From: Altererythrobacter sp. | GTDB lineage: Bacteria; Pseudomonadota; Alphaproteobacteria; Sphingomonadales; Sphingomonadaceae | Assembly: GCA_013002295.1 (NCBI GenBank) | Contig: JABDKI010000225.1 | Span: forward strand, 1 to 50,242 | Reading direction: 5' to 3' | Length of the DNA stretch: 50,242 nucleotides | Shown here: positions 39,164 to 49,029 of the stretch, one piece after another | Layout: the number at the start of each line of letters is the position of its first letter | How positions within the stretch are numbered: position 1 is the stretch's first letter | Made by a program: the position numbers and the translations under genes | The notes under the pieces: generated by a model | What the model was told of the DNA's origin: nothing | The model's database searches: none | The model's input: only the letters and a program-made list of their open reading frames with translations

Positions 39164-39901
39164 ATGTCGCAAACACAGGTACCTACTATATTCTCAAGGG
39201 CACGCCGAGAGCAGCGCGACAAGCGGGCGTCTAGTCGTAGCGGCACAAGCTGGCTCTATGATGCCATGCAGGAAGACATTACGGAGCGGCTCGACTTCAT
39301 GCGCCACGAGGCAAAGAAATCACTTCTGGTGGGCCACGAGACTTCATTGCTGAATGCATCGCTTGCGGCCTCAGCATCGAATGTCAGCTCGATCCGGTCT
39401 CTTGATGAAGAACAGCCACTGCGGTCGGCCGAACTTGATCTGTTTGTCAGCCTCGCTCGCCTGGATAGCGTCAATGATCTGCCGGGCGCACTCATCCATG
39501 CGCGCAATGCACTGGCTGACCGCGGGCTGATGATCGCGCAGATTATCGGGGCTGGTAGTTTAACGACCCTTAGGCAGGTCATGTTGGCTGCGGACGGTGA
39601 GAGGCCAGCGGCACGCATCCACCCGAAGATTGACGATCGCGCGGGGACTGCTTTGCTCCAACGTGCTGGGTTTTCCAAGCAAGTGGTCGACACACACAAA
39701 CTCACGGTGCGCTACAAATCATTAGAGACGCTGATTGATGATCTTCGCGATCAGGCGCTGACTTCAGTGCTGGTATCACCGGCTCCATATGTAGGGAAAT
39801 CGGGCCTGTCGCGCGCGCAGGCGAAGTTCGAAGATCTGCGCGAGGAGGACGGGAAAGTTTCCGAAACCTTCCATATCCTGACGCTGACCGGTTGGCGCTA
39901 A
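39164..39901 (+). CDS. Methyltransferase-domain protein (BioC/NDUFAF5-like)
   Basis: LDEE.P, VNDLPGAL, G..SL..LR, RIHP, LLQRAGF...VVD and F.IL.L.GW motifs; divergent from comF. Confidence 0.8.
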   Translation: MSQTQVPTIFSRARREQRDKRASSRSGTSWLYDAMQEDITERLDFMRHEAKKSLLVGHETSLLNASLAASASNVSSIRSLDEEQPLRSAELDLFVSLARLDSVNDLPGALIHARNALADRGLMIAQIIGAGSLTTLRQVMLAADGERPAARIHPKIDDRAGTALLQRAGFSKQVVDTHKLTVRYKSLETLIDDLRDQALTSVLVSPAPYVGKSGLSRAQAKFEDLREEDGKVSETFHILTLTGWR

Positions 39902-42564
39902 ACCCTTAGCGAAGATTGCGCCGCCGCCAATCGTGCGATCGGCACACGGTATGGCGATGCGCTGACGTAGTCCAAGCCAACGCTCTCGCAGAATGCAATG
40001 CTGGCCGGATCGCCGCCATGCTCGCCGCAAATTCCCAGCTTGATGTCAGGGCGGGTCGCCCTGCCCCGCTCTGCTGCGAGTTCGACCAACTGCCCGACAC
40101 CTTCGATATCCAGACTCACGAATGGATCACGCGGGAAAATGCCCTTCTCAACATAGGGCGCTAGGAACCGCGCGCTGTCGTCACGAGAGACACCAAGCGT
40201 CGTTTGCGTGAGGTCGTTCGTACCGAAGCTGAAGAACGCACCCTCCTCCGCGATTTCTCCAGCCATCAAGGCCGCGCGTGGCAGCTCGATCATTGTACCC
40301 ACCAGGTAATCGACCGCAATGCCTTGCGCCGCGAACACCTCAGCCGCAGCTTTGTCGATCAAGGCCTTGAGAATCTCCAGCTCTCGCTTGGTTGCAATCA
40401 GCGGGATCATGACTTCGGGGATCGGGGCTTCGCCAGATGTCTTTGCTACCTCGCACGCGGCTTCAAAGATCGCCCGCGCCTGCATCTCGTAGATTTCGGG
40501 GAAGGTAATTCCAAGGCGGCAACCGCGATGGCCCAGCATCGGGTTGAATTCGTGCAACTCGCCAGCGCGGCGCTTTAGGTGATCCACGCCAAGGCCGGTT
40601 GCATCCGCCAGATCGGCAAAGTCTGCATCTTCGTGCGGCAGAAATTCGTGCAGCGGCGGATCAAGCAAACGGATGGTGCATGGCAAGCCAACCATTACTT
40701 CGAAGATCGCTTTGAAGTCCGCACGCTGTTCTGGCAGCAGTTTCTCGAGTGCGGCCCGTCGGGTTTTCTCGTCTTCTGCAAGGATCATTTGGCGCACTGC
40801 CCGGATCCGGCTTGCGTCGAAGAACATATGCTCCGTGCGGCACAGCCCGATGCCTTCCGCACCAAACTGGCGCGCCATCTTGCAGTCTGCGGGCGTTTCG
40901 GCATTGGTGCGCACGCCCATGCGGCGGTGCTGGTCTGCCCATTCCATCAAAATGCCGAAGTCGCCGGCCAATTCTGGCTCGATCGTGCGAACTTCACCGG
41001 CCATGATCTGGCCATTGGCACCATCGATAGTCAGCGTATCGCCTTCTTTCAGCTCACGATTTCCGATGCGCAATGTCTTGCTCGCGCGGTCAATCGAAAC
41101 GGCGGACGCGCCCGAAACACAGGGGCGCCCCATGCCGCGCGCGACTACCGCCGCATGTGACGTCATGCCGCCGCGCGCTGTCAGGATTCCTTGCGCAGCG
41201 TGCATACCATGAATGTCTTCTGGAGAGGTTTCCACACGCACCAGGATCACTTTCTCGCCGCGGCTGGACCATTGCTCTGCCGTGTCGGCATCCAGCACGA
41301 TTTTGCCTGACGCTGCACCTGGTGACGCCGGGAGTCCGGTGCCCAGTATGTCGCGGTGCGCCTTAGGATCGAGCGTTGGGTGGAGCAATTGATCAAGTGC
41401 CATCGGGTCGACCCGCAGGATCGCTGTTTTCTCGTCGATCAGACCCTCATTGACCATATCGACCGCCATCTTGAGCGCCGCTTTGGCGGTCCGCTTGCCG
41501 GATCGGGTTTGCAGCATCCACAGCGTGCCCTGTTGCACGGTGAATTCGATGTCTTGCATGTCTTTGTAATGCGTTTCAAGCAGATCGAACACGCGCGCAA
41601 GTTCGCCGTAAGCCTCAGGCATCGCCTCTTCCATACTTAGCGGCTTGGCATTCGCTCTCTCTCGCGCAGCTCTGGTCAGATATTGCGGCGTACGAATGCC
41701 CGCGACCACGTCTTCACCCTGCGCATTGATCAGATACTCGCCGTAATAGGCGCGTTCGCCCGTTGCCGGATCGCGCGTGAACGCGACACCGGTAGCTGAT
41801 GTGTCGCCCATATTGCCAAACACCATCGCTTGAACGTTGACAGCCGTGCCCCAATCCGCGGGGATGTCGTTCAAGCGGCGATAAACCTTCGCCCGGTCGC
41901 TATCCCAGCTATCGAAGACCGCCTGAATCGCGCCCCAAAGCTGCTCGGTCACGTCCTGCGGGAATGGATGGCCCAATTCTTTCTCCGCGATGGCTTTGTA
42001 TTCAGCGACGAGCTCTTTCCAGTCGTCCGCCTCCATCTCGGTATCGGCATAGAGGCCCTTGTCCTCTTTCGCGATCTCGAGCGCTTCTTCGAACAGCCCG
42101 TGGTCGAGGCCAAGCACCACATCGGCATACATCTGGATGAAGCGGCGATAGCTGTCCCAGGCAAAGCGTTCATCGCCCGATGCACTGGAGAGGCCAGCAA
42201 CGGTTGCGTCATTAAGGCCCAAATTTAGGACGGTGTCCATCATCCCGGGCATGGAGACCCGCGCGCCAGAGCGGACCGAAACGAGCAGCGGATCGCTGGC
42301 ATCGCCGAAGCTTTTGCCAACTGTCGCTTCGATATGTTTCAGTGCGTCAAATACTTGTGCGCGCAATTCTTCGCCGAATTCAGCGCCTTCTTGCAGGTAC
42401 TTCACACATTCTTCAGTGGTGATGGTGAAGCCTGGCGGCACTGGCAGCCCTATGCTGGCCATCTCTGCCAGATTGGCGCCCTTCCCTCCGGTAACGGTCT
42501 TGTCCTTTTGGCGTTCATCCGAGTGATCTGCCGATCCGCCGAAAGTGTAAACCGTTTGAACCAT
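39898..42564 (-). CDS. ppdK: Pyruvate, phosphate dikinase
   Basis: GGKGANLAEM, PLLVSVRSGA, GGMTSHAAVVAR (phospho-His), GLCRTEHMF and FSFGTNDLTQ motifs. Confidence 0.98.
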   Translation of the reverse strand: MVQTVYTFGGSADHSDERQKDKTVTGGKGANLAEMASIGLPVPPGFTITTEECVKYLQEGAEFGEELRAQVFDALKHIEATVGKSFGDASDPLLVSVRSGARVSMPGMMDTVLNLGLNDATVAGLSSASGDERFAWDSYRRFIQMYADVVLGLDHGLFEEALEIAKEDKGLYADTEMEADDWKELVAEYKAIAEKELGHPFPQDVTEQLWGAIQAVFDSWDSDRAKVYRRLNDIPADWGTAVNVQAMVFGNMGDTSATGVAFTRDPATGERAYYGEYLINAQGEDVVAGIRTPQYLTRAARERANAKPLSMEEAMPEAYGELARVFDLLETHYKDMQDIEFTVQQGTLWMLQTRSGKRTAKAALKMAVDMVNEGLIDEKTAILRVDPMALDQLLHPTLDPKAHRDILGTGLPASPGAASGKIVLDADTAEQWSSRGEKVILVRVETSPEDIHGMHAAQGILTARGGMTSHAAVVARGMGRPCVSGASAVSIDRASKTLRIGNRELKEGDTLTIDGANGQIMAGEVRTIEPELAGDFGILMEWADQHRRMGVRTNAETPADCKMARQFGAEGIGLCRTEHMFFDASRIRAVRQMILAEDEKTRRAALEKLLPEQRADFKAIFEVMVGLPCTIRLLDPPLHEFLPHEDADFADLADATGLGVDHLKRRAGELHEFNPMLGHRGCRLGITFPEIYEMQARAIFEAACEVAKTSGEAPIPEVMIPLIATKRELEILKALIDKAAAEVFAAQGIAVDYLVGTMIELPRAALMAGEIAEEGAFFSFGTNDLTQTTLGVSRDDSARFLAPYVEKGIFPRDPFVSLDIEGVGQLVELAAERGRATRPDIKLGICGEHGGDPASIAFCESVGLDYVSASPYRVPIARLAAAQSSLRV

Positions 42565-44648
42565 CAGCCTTCAATCCTTGAGAAATCTGCTACTTGATGC
42601 ACCGCATCGCGGAAGCGCGATAGCAGCGTCAGGCGCGCGGCGCGCACATGCTTTTCTTCAGCGTTGACAATCACGTCTTCAAAGAAGCGGTCGATTGGAG
42701 CGCGAAGGCTAGCGAGGGCAGACATGGCAGAAGCAAAATCTTCGCTTTCAATAGCTGCGACAGCCTTGGGCTCCGCCGCTTGAAGCGCATCGATCAACGC
42801 CTTTTCCGCCTCTTCAGCAGTATGCGAAGGCTCAGTCGGCTCGAATTCCTCTTTCTTGAGGATATTGGCCGCGCGCTTGTACCCGGCGACCAGGTTTGCC
42901 CCATCTTCGGTTTTAATGAAGCTCTGAAGTGCTTTCACGCGGGCCAGCAATCGAACAAGATCGTCTTCACCGCCGAGTGCGAAGATCGCATCAATCAGAT
43001 CGTGACGAACACCGGCTTCACGTTGCTGAACCTTGAGGCGATCTGCTACGAAATCACGTACCGATGTTGCATAGTAAACTGGCACAGCTTCCCACAGCGG
43101 CAGTCCAAGCTGCTCGCGAAGTGGTTCGATCGGTCCGAGAAGAGCTCCCCAAATTGAGAATCGCAAATCATTCTCAGTGATCAAGCGAAGGATACCAATT
43201 GCTGCTCTTCGCAGTGCAAACGGATCCTTTGAGCCAGTCGGACGCTCTTCGATCATGAAAAACGCCGCCAACGTGTCCAGCTTGTCCGCCAGACTTACCG
43301 CCACCGTCACAGGCGCAGTCGGCACTTCATCGCCTTGTCCCACAGGCTTGTAATGATCGCGGATTGCATCGCTGACTTCCTGCGGCAAGCCCTCTTTCTC
43401 GGCGTAATATCCGCCCATCAGGCCTTGCAGCTCGGGGAATTCGCCGACCATCTCGGTGACGAGATCGGCCTTGCATAGACGCGCAGCTTGGTCGGCGAGG
43501 TCAGGGTTGGCCTTGACGATGCCTTCTTCGCAAAGCCAGCGCGCCAGCTTGGCGACGCGTTCGACTTTGTCCGCGACCGTTCCCAGTTTCTCGTGGAAGG
43601 TAATCCGCTCCAGCTTCTTGGCGTGGTCCGCCAGCGGTGTTTTCTGGTCGAGTTCCCAGAAGAAGCGCGCATCGGAAAGCCGCGCGGCGAGCACTTTCCG
43701 GTTTCCATCGGTCACCACTGCCGGGTCTTCCGCAATGATGTTCGCCGTGCACACAAACGCATTGGCGAGCTTGCCGCTCGCATCCTCGCATACGAAATAC
43801 TTCTGGTTCACCCGCGCGGTCAGCTGGATCACTTCGGGCGGAACGTCTAGATATTCTTCGTCAAAGCGCCCAAGCAGCGGCACCGGCCATTCGGTCAGGC
43901 CGGCATTCTCGATCACCAGTCCTTCGTCTTCGACCAGCTTCAGGCCAGCTTCTTCCGCAGCCGCCTTTGCGCCAGCGCGAACCGCAACCTGCCGCTCTTC
44001 ATGATCGACAATCACATGGCATGCGCGCAGTTTCTCGGCATAGTCATCAGCAGAACCGATGGTAATCTCGCCTTCGTGGTGGAACCGGTGGCCGACCGTC
44101 GAATAACTGCTTGTGATGCTGCCTACGCCGCATTCGATCAGATCTTCGCCCAATATCGCCACAATGCCTGACAGCGGGCGCACCCAGCGCGTGCTTTCGG
44201 TGCTGATCGAGGCATCGCCCCAGCGCATCGATTTGGGCCATGCAAAATCTCGAATGATCGTGGGAATGGCATCGGCGAGCAGATCCTTGACCGCCCGACC
44301 CGGCTTTTCGATCACCGCGAAATATGTGTTGCGTCCCTTTACATCGCGCAGTTCCAGCTGTTCTCGGGTGACGCCATTCTTGCGGCAGAAACCGTCGATC
44401 GCCTGATCCGGCGCACCTTCGGGCGGCCCCTTGGCTTCTTCGGAAACAGCTTCGGTCTCAGTCGGCAGATCGCGCGCGATCAATGCCAGCCTGCGCGGGG
44501 TTGAGTAAACGGTCAGATCACCGACCGAAACGCCTGCTGCATCCATCTCGCGGCGGAACAGTTTTTCAAGCTCAGCTCGCGCGCCGGCCTGCATCCGTGC
44601 GGGGATTTCTTCGGAACGAAGCTCTAGCAGGAAGTCAGAAGTGCTCAT
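42564..44648 (-). CDS. glyS: Glycine--tRNA ligase beta subunit
   Basis: [31 protein letters not shown] and [12 protein letters not shown] motifs. Confidence 0.97.
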   Translation of the reverse strand: MSTSDFLLELRSEEIPARMQAGARAELEKLFRREMDAAGVSVGDLTVYSTPRRLALIARDLPTETEAVSEEAKGPPEGAPDQAIDGFCRKNGVTREQLELRDVKGRNTYFAVIEKPGRAVKDLLADAIPTIIRDFAWPKSMRWGDASISTESTRWVRPLSGIVAILGEDLIECGVGSITSSYSTVGHRFHHEGEITIGSADDYAEKLRACHVIVDHEERQVAVRAGAKAAAEEAGLKLVEDEGLVIENAGLTEWPVPLLGRFDEEYLDVPPEVIQLTARVNQKYFVCEDASGKLANAFVCTANIIAEDPAVVTDGNRKVLAARLSDARFFWELDQKTPLADHAKKLERITFHEKLGTVADKVERVAKLARWLCEEGIVKANPDLADQAARLCKADLVTEMVGEFPELQGLMGGYYAEKEGLPQEVSDAIRDHYKPVGQGDEVPTAPVTVAVSLADKLDTLAAFFMIEERPTGSKDPFALRRAAIGILRLITENDLRFSIWGALLGPIEPLREQLGLPLWEAVPVYYATSVRDFVADRLKVQQREAGVRHDLIDAIFALGGEDDLVRLLARVKALQSFIKTEDGANLVAGYKRAANILKKEEFEPTEPSHTAEEAEKALIDALQAAEPKAVAAIESEDFASAMSALASLRAPIDRFFEDVIVNAEEKHVRAARLTLLSRFRDAVHQVADFSRIEG

Positions 44649-45559
44649 TTTGACCACTCCGGATATTTCTCCGCCCAGACCGGAGCTTCTTTCTCCATAT
44701 GCGCTTCGCAGCTACCCCGCGCCAGATCGCGTACTCGGCCCATATAGCTCGCGCGCTCTTGAACGCTTATCACACCGCGCGCTTGCAGCAGGTTGAAGAT
44801 ATGGCTGGCTTCGACTGCTTGTTCGTAGGCCGCGATAGGCACATTGGCCGCCAACGCGTTCTTGCACTCCGCCTCTGCCTTGTTGAACAGGTCAAACAGC
44901 GCGTCCGTATCGGCGACTTCGAAGTTCCACTTCGACATCTGTTTCTCATTCTCGAGAAACACCTCGCCATAACTTACACCGCGACCGTTGAAGTCAAGAT
45001 CGTACACATTGTCGACGCCCTGGATATACATCGCCAGACGTTCCAACCCGTAGGTCAGTTCACCCGCGACTGGCTTACAGTCAAAACCGCCCATTTGCTG
45101 GAAGTATGTGAACTGCGTGACTTCCATCCCGTCACACCAGACTTCCCAGCCAAGGCCCCATGCACCCAATGTCGGGCTTTCCCAATCATCCTCAACAAAG
45201 CGGATATCGTGCTTGAGCGGATCAATCCCGATCACTTTCAAACTGTCGAGATACCACTGCTGGATGTCCGGCGGGCTCGGTTTCAGGATGACCTGATACT
45301 GATAGTAATGCTGCAGGCGATTGGGATTCTCACCATAGCGGCCGTCAGTCGGGCGGCGGCATGGCTGAACGAAAGCGGCATTCCATGGCTCCGGACCCAG
45401 CGCACGCAGCGTAGTTGCGGTGTGGAAAGTGCCAGCACCCATCCGCATGTCATAGGGTTGCAGGATCAGACAGCCCTTCGCATTCCAGAAATCATGGAGT
45501 GCAAGGATCATGTCCTGAAAAGACCGCTTTGGATCGCGTTTTGGCGGGTCGAAACTCAT
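44645..45559 (-). CDS. glyQ: Glycine--tRNA ligase alpha subunit
   Basis: [29 protein letters not shown] and ELTYGLERL motifs. Confidence 0.98.
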   Translation of the reverse strand: MSFDPPKRDPKRSFQDMILALHDFWNAKGCLILQPYDMRMGAGTFHTATTLRALGPEPWNAAFVQPCRRPTDGRYGENPNRLQHYYQYQVILKPSPPDIQQWYLDSLKVIGIDPLKHDIRFVEDDWESPTLGAWGLGWEVWCDGMEVTQFTYFQQMGGFDCKPVAGELTYGLERLAMYIQGVDNVYDLDFNGRGVSYGEVFLENEKQMSKWNFEVADTDALFDLFNKAEAECKNALAANVPIAAYEQAVEASHIFNLLQARGVISVQERASYMGRVRDLARGSCEAHMEKEAPVWAEKYPEWSK

Positions 45560-45725
45560 AGCGCAGGCCAATGGCTCAACCCCCTGCCCTCGTCAATGCT
45601 GCGATGCAGCGATAGAGCCCGTAAACTCAATTTTCCCCACGATCCGCAGCAAGACTTCATTGCGTGTTAAGGGCAGGTGCGGATACGGTCGAATTCAACA
45701 TTAGCGATACAGGATTAACCCGAAG

Positions 45726-46637
45726 ATGCGCTTCAAGATAACCACAGCACTTACCTTGTCTGCTTTTCTATTTGCCGGGCCGGCGCTAGCACAAGATGAG
45801 GCTGCGCCTGAGGTAATAGAAGAAGCCGCGGCAGAAACGGGTTCCCCCGCGCTTTGGAAAGTGGCTGACGAGGACACCACCATCTATCTGTTCGGAACCG
45901 TCCACGCGCTACCTGAAGACGTGGAATGGTCAACGCCTGCTCTCGAGAATGCGCTAGCAGAATCCGACAGCATCGTGACCGAGATCAAAATGGGTCCTGA
46001 AATCGGACAAGAAATGCAAACTCTTGTGATGACCAAGGGCGTCTTGCCGCAAGGCACCACGCTGCGCAGTTTGCTATCAGGGGAACAAAAGACTTCATAC
46101 GAGGAAGCGATGGGCAAACTTTCTGTCCCGCCTGCCGCGTTTGACCAGTTCGAGCCATGGTATGCGGGCATGATGATGAGCATGTTGCCGCTCTTGCAGC
46201 AGGGATATTCACCGGATGCTGGCGTCGAAAAAGTGCTACTGACAAAGGCTGGCGAAAAAGAACAGCAAGCGCTTGAGACGATCGAATTTCAGATCAGCGT
46301 TTTCGATGAGCTGCCGCAGGAATCGCAAATTGGCTTTTTGATCGATGCCGCAAATGGCATCGACGAGATCAAACCCATGCTGGACAAGATGGTGGCCGAA
46401 TGGGTTGAAGGTGACGCCGACGCGCTCGCGAAACTGATGAACGAGGGCCTGACAGATCCCGCGGTAGCAGAGAGCCTGCTCTACATGCGCAATCGCAACT
46501 GGGCCGACTGGATTGACACTCGTTTAGACAGCCCTGGCACGGTGTTCATCGCCGTAGGTGCTGGCCACCTGGCAGGTGACAAAAGCGTTCAGGACTATCT
46601 GGCAGAACGCGAGATCGAAACAGTCCGCGTTCAATGA
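45726..46637 (+). CDS. TraB/GumN (Tiki-like) family protein, Sec-exported
   Basis: PALWKV.D...TIYLFGTVH, GVE, LETIEFQ, RNRNW and AVGAGHL motifs. Confidence 0.9.
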   Translation: MRFKITTALTLSAFLFAGPALAQDEAAPEVIEEAAAETGSPALWKVADEDTTIYLFGTVHALPEDVEWSTPALENALAESDSIVTEIKMGPEIGQEMQTLVMTKGVLPQGTTLRSLLSGEQKTSYEEAMGKLSVPPAAFDQFEPWYAGMMMSMLPLLQQGYSPDAGVEKVLLTKAGEKEQQALETIEFQISVFDELPQESQIGFLIDAANGIDEIKPMLDKMVAEWVEGDADALAKLMNEGLTDPAVAESLLYMRNRNWADWIDTRLDSPGTVFIAVGAGHLAGDKSVQDYLAEREIETVRVQ

Positions 46638-47521
46638 TCACAAGGTTCGTTCTATTGTTGGCGGGCGCATTAGCCCTCGCCAGCTGCAATCCGGGAGATG
46701 ACCCGGACGAGTCTTCCAAACCTTCCCCGTCGCCAATCTTGTATGAGATTACTGACGCCGAAGGCGAGGCTCAGGGCTGGCTATTTGGCACTATCCATGC
46801 GTTGCCAGACGGGGTCGAATGGCGAACCCCTGAGATCGAAAGAGTTATCGATCAAGCACAGCTTCTTGTCGTAGAGGTCGGCGATCTGGCCGACACACGC
46901 TCAATCAGCAGCACATTCTCCGTTTTTGCGACAACCCCGGATCAGCCCGACATTCGAACCCGCGTGCGGGCCGAAGACCGTCTGTATCTCGATGAAATGA
47001 TGACAAAAGGACATTTTTCCTCGCGTGATTTCGGCAATATCGAAACTTGGGCAGCAGCGTTGATGTTAGCGCAAGTGTCCAGCACTGGCTCTCCGCGCAA
47101 TGGAGTGGATAAGGCATTGCTGCTCGAATTCCCCGATCACCGGGTGCGCGAGCTCGAAGGCACGCTCACCCAATTGCGCATTTTTGATGATCTGGCACCT
47201 CAGGATCAAACTGATTTACTGACCGGAATTCTCGCCGAATACCGCTCGCTTGGCGACAACCCAGAGCGATTGAGGCTGGCATGGCTCAGCGGAGATGAGG
47301 AAGGACTGATCACAGCAACTCAATCGGGCATAATGGCTGATCCCGAACTCTATGATGCGCTCCTTGCCGGTCGAAACCGAGCCTGGATGAACGAGATCGA
47401 CAGACTTCTGGCCGATGGGCCCAATCCTCTCATCGCTGTGGGCGCTGCCCATCTGGTTGGCCCAGACGGTCTGGCGACCCTTATTGGACAGCGGGGATAC
47501 ACCCTCAGCCGCCTGCAATAG
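46634..47521 (+). CDS. TraB/GumN (Tiki-like) family lipoprotein
   Basis: Lipobox LASC; WLFGTIH, GVD, LEG...Q, RNRAW and AVGAAHL motifs; ATGA overlap. Confidence 0.88.
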   Translation: MITRFVLLLAGALALASCNPGDDPDESSKPSPSPILYEITDAEGEAQGWLFGTIHALPDGVEWRTPEIERVIDQAQLLVVEVGDLADTRSISSTFSVFATTPDQPDIRTRVRAEDRLYLDEMMTKGHFSSRDFGNIETWAAALMLAQVSSTGSPRNGVDKALLLEFPDHRVRELEGTLTQLRIFDDLAPQDQTDLLTGILAEYRSLGDNPERLRLAWLSGDEEGLITATQSGIMADPELYDALLAGRNRAWMNEIDRLLADGPNPLIAVGAAHLVGPDGLATLIGQRGYTLSRLQ

Positions 47522-47524
47522 CGC

Positions 47525-47553
47525 TTGCCAATCATCTGCCCCCCCTCTAAAAG
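47525..47553 (+). promoter_or_regulatory. Probable sigma70 promoter of rplY
   Basis: TTGCCA-N17-TAAAAG followed by a GC-rich discriminator CCCGCGC. Confidence 0.5.
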
Positions 47554-47559
47554 CCCGCG

Positions 47560-47600
47560 CTTCGGCGTCATGGTCATCCCTGGAGGTGTGGCGCGCGAAG
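47560..47600 (+). promoter_or_regulatory. Candidate structured 5' leader of rplY
   Basis: CTTCG/CGAAG and GCGTCAT/GTGGCGC stems enclosing GGTCATCCCTGGAGGT. Confidence 0.45.
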
Positions 47601-47632
47601 TAACCAAATAAGCATTTCGAAAGGTAAGCGAC

Positions 47633-48319
47633 ATGAGCGACGCTCTGACACTTCCGGCCGAGACGCGCGAACGGGCTGGCAAGGGAGCCTCCCGTGCACT
47701 GCGTCGCGAAGGCCGAGTACCCGCTGTTATTTACGGCGGCAAAGAAGCACCAACCACTATCCATCTAGAAGAAAAAGAACTGGTCAAGCAACTCGGGACC
47801 GGTCACTTCATGAACTCGATTGTCGAGATCAAGCTAGGCAGCGAATCCATTCGCACCCTTCCCAAGGACGTGGCGCTCCATCCGGTCACAGATCGTCCGG
47901 AACATATCGACTTTCTACGCATGACCAAAGGCGGCAAGATCGAAGTTTCGGTCCCGGTCGTATTCGTCAACGAGGACGATTCACCAGGCCTCAAGAAGGG
48001 CGGCGTTCTCAACGTGGTTCGTCACGAGCTGGAATTGGTCTGCGAAAACGACAAGATCCCAAGCGAGATCGAAATCGACGTTACCGGCAAAGAAGTTGGC
48101 GATTCAATCCACATCAGCGAGCTGACGCTGCCAGCGGGCAGCGAAAGCGCGATTACTGATCGTGACTTCACCATCGCAACTCTGGTTGCTCCGTCTGCGC
48201 TCAAGAAGAGCGAAGATGAGAGCGCCGATGGCGAAGAAGAAGCGGTTGAAGGTGCAGAAGGCGCAGAAGCTGAAGGCGGCGAAGAAGCTGCTGAACGCGA
48301 AGGCGGCGGCGACGAGTAA
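47633..48319 (+). CDS. rplY: 50S ribosomal protein L25 / general stress protein Ctc
   Basis: [32 protein letters not shown] and GLKKGG.L motifs; acidic tail. Confidence 0.97.
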   Translation: MSDALTLPAETRERAGKGASRALRREGRVPAVIYGGKEAPTTIHLEEKELVKQLGTGHFMNSIVEIKLGSESIRTLPKDVALHPVTDRPEHIDFLRMTKGGKIEVSVPVVFVNEDDSPGLKKGGVLNVVRHELELVCENDKIPSEIEIDVTGKEVGDSIHISELTLPAGSESAITDRDFTIATLVAPSALKKSEDESADGEEEAVEGAEGAEAEGGEEAAEREGGGDE

Positions 48320-48356
48320 CTCGCTTACACCCACTTTCTTATCGAGAAATCACCAA

Positions 48357-48393
48357 GGCGCCGGGCTTCGAAAGAAGTCCGGTGTTTTGTTTT
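48357..48393 (+). terminator. Rho-independent terminator after rplY
   Basis: GGCGCCGGGCTTC-GAAA-GAAGTCCGGTGTT followed by TTGTTTT. Confidence 0.8.
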
Positions 48394-48419
48394 GTGCGTT
48401 CGCTCGCTAGGGGGACTCC

Positions 48420-48989
48420 ATGCAAATTTGGGCTGGCCTCGGAAATCCTGGACCGCAATACGCGATGAACCGGCATAATGTCGGCTTCATGGTGGCTGAC
48501 GTGCTGGCTGAGATGCACAATTTCGGACCCGTGCAGAAGAAGTTTCAGGGTTGGGTGCAAGAGGGCCGGATCGGATCCGAAAAGATTCTGCTTCTCAAGC
48601 CAGCAACTTTCATGAACGAAAGCGGGCGCTCGATCGGGGAGGCGCTGCGCTATTACAAGCTTGGCCCACAAGACCTGACCGTGTTCTATGACGAACTCGA
48701 TCTTGATCCATTCAAGATCAGGGTAAAACGTGGCGGCGGTGCTGCTGGACACAACGGAATACGTTCTAGCATTCAGCATATAGGCGAGGATTTTCGCCGC
48801 GTTCGTATCGGCATAGGCCATCCCGGTCACAAGGAACGCGTGCACGGTTATGTCCTTGGCAATTATGCCAAGTCCGAACAAGACGATCTGGTCCATATGC
48901 TGGGTGCCATTGGGAGCGAGGCCGAATGGCTCGCGAAGGGAGATGATGCACGTTTTATGAGCGATTATGCTCTAAGAATGCAGGGATAG
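48420..48989 (+). CDS. pth: Peptidyl-tRNA hydrolase
   Basis: GLGNPG..Y..NRHNVGF, KP.TFMNESG, GHNGIRS and RVRIGIG motifs. Confidence 0.98.
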   Translation: MQIWAGLGNPGPQYAMNRHNVGFMVADVLAEMHNFGPVQKKFQGWVQEGRIGSEKILLLKPATFMNESGRSIGEALRYYKLGPQDLTVFYDELDLDPFKIRVKRGGGAAGHNGIRSSIQHIGEDFRRVRIGIGHPGHKERVHGYVLGNYAKSEQDDLVHMLGAIGSEAEWLAKGDDARFMSDYALRMQG

Positions 48990-49029
48990 AACAGCTCACT
49001 CAAGCATTTGAGTGAGCAAGGAGATAGAG

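Noticed and set aside
48220-48315. GAAGGC/GAAGAA-type repeats at the end of rplY
   Set aside because: Simply encode the acidic low-complexity tail of L25/Ctc; not a CRISPR array or VNTR
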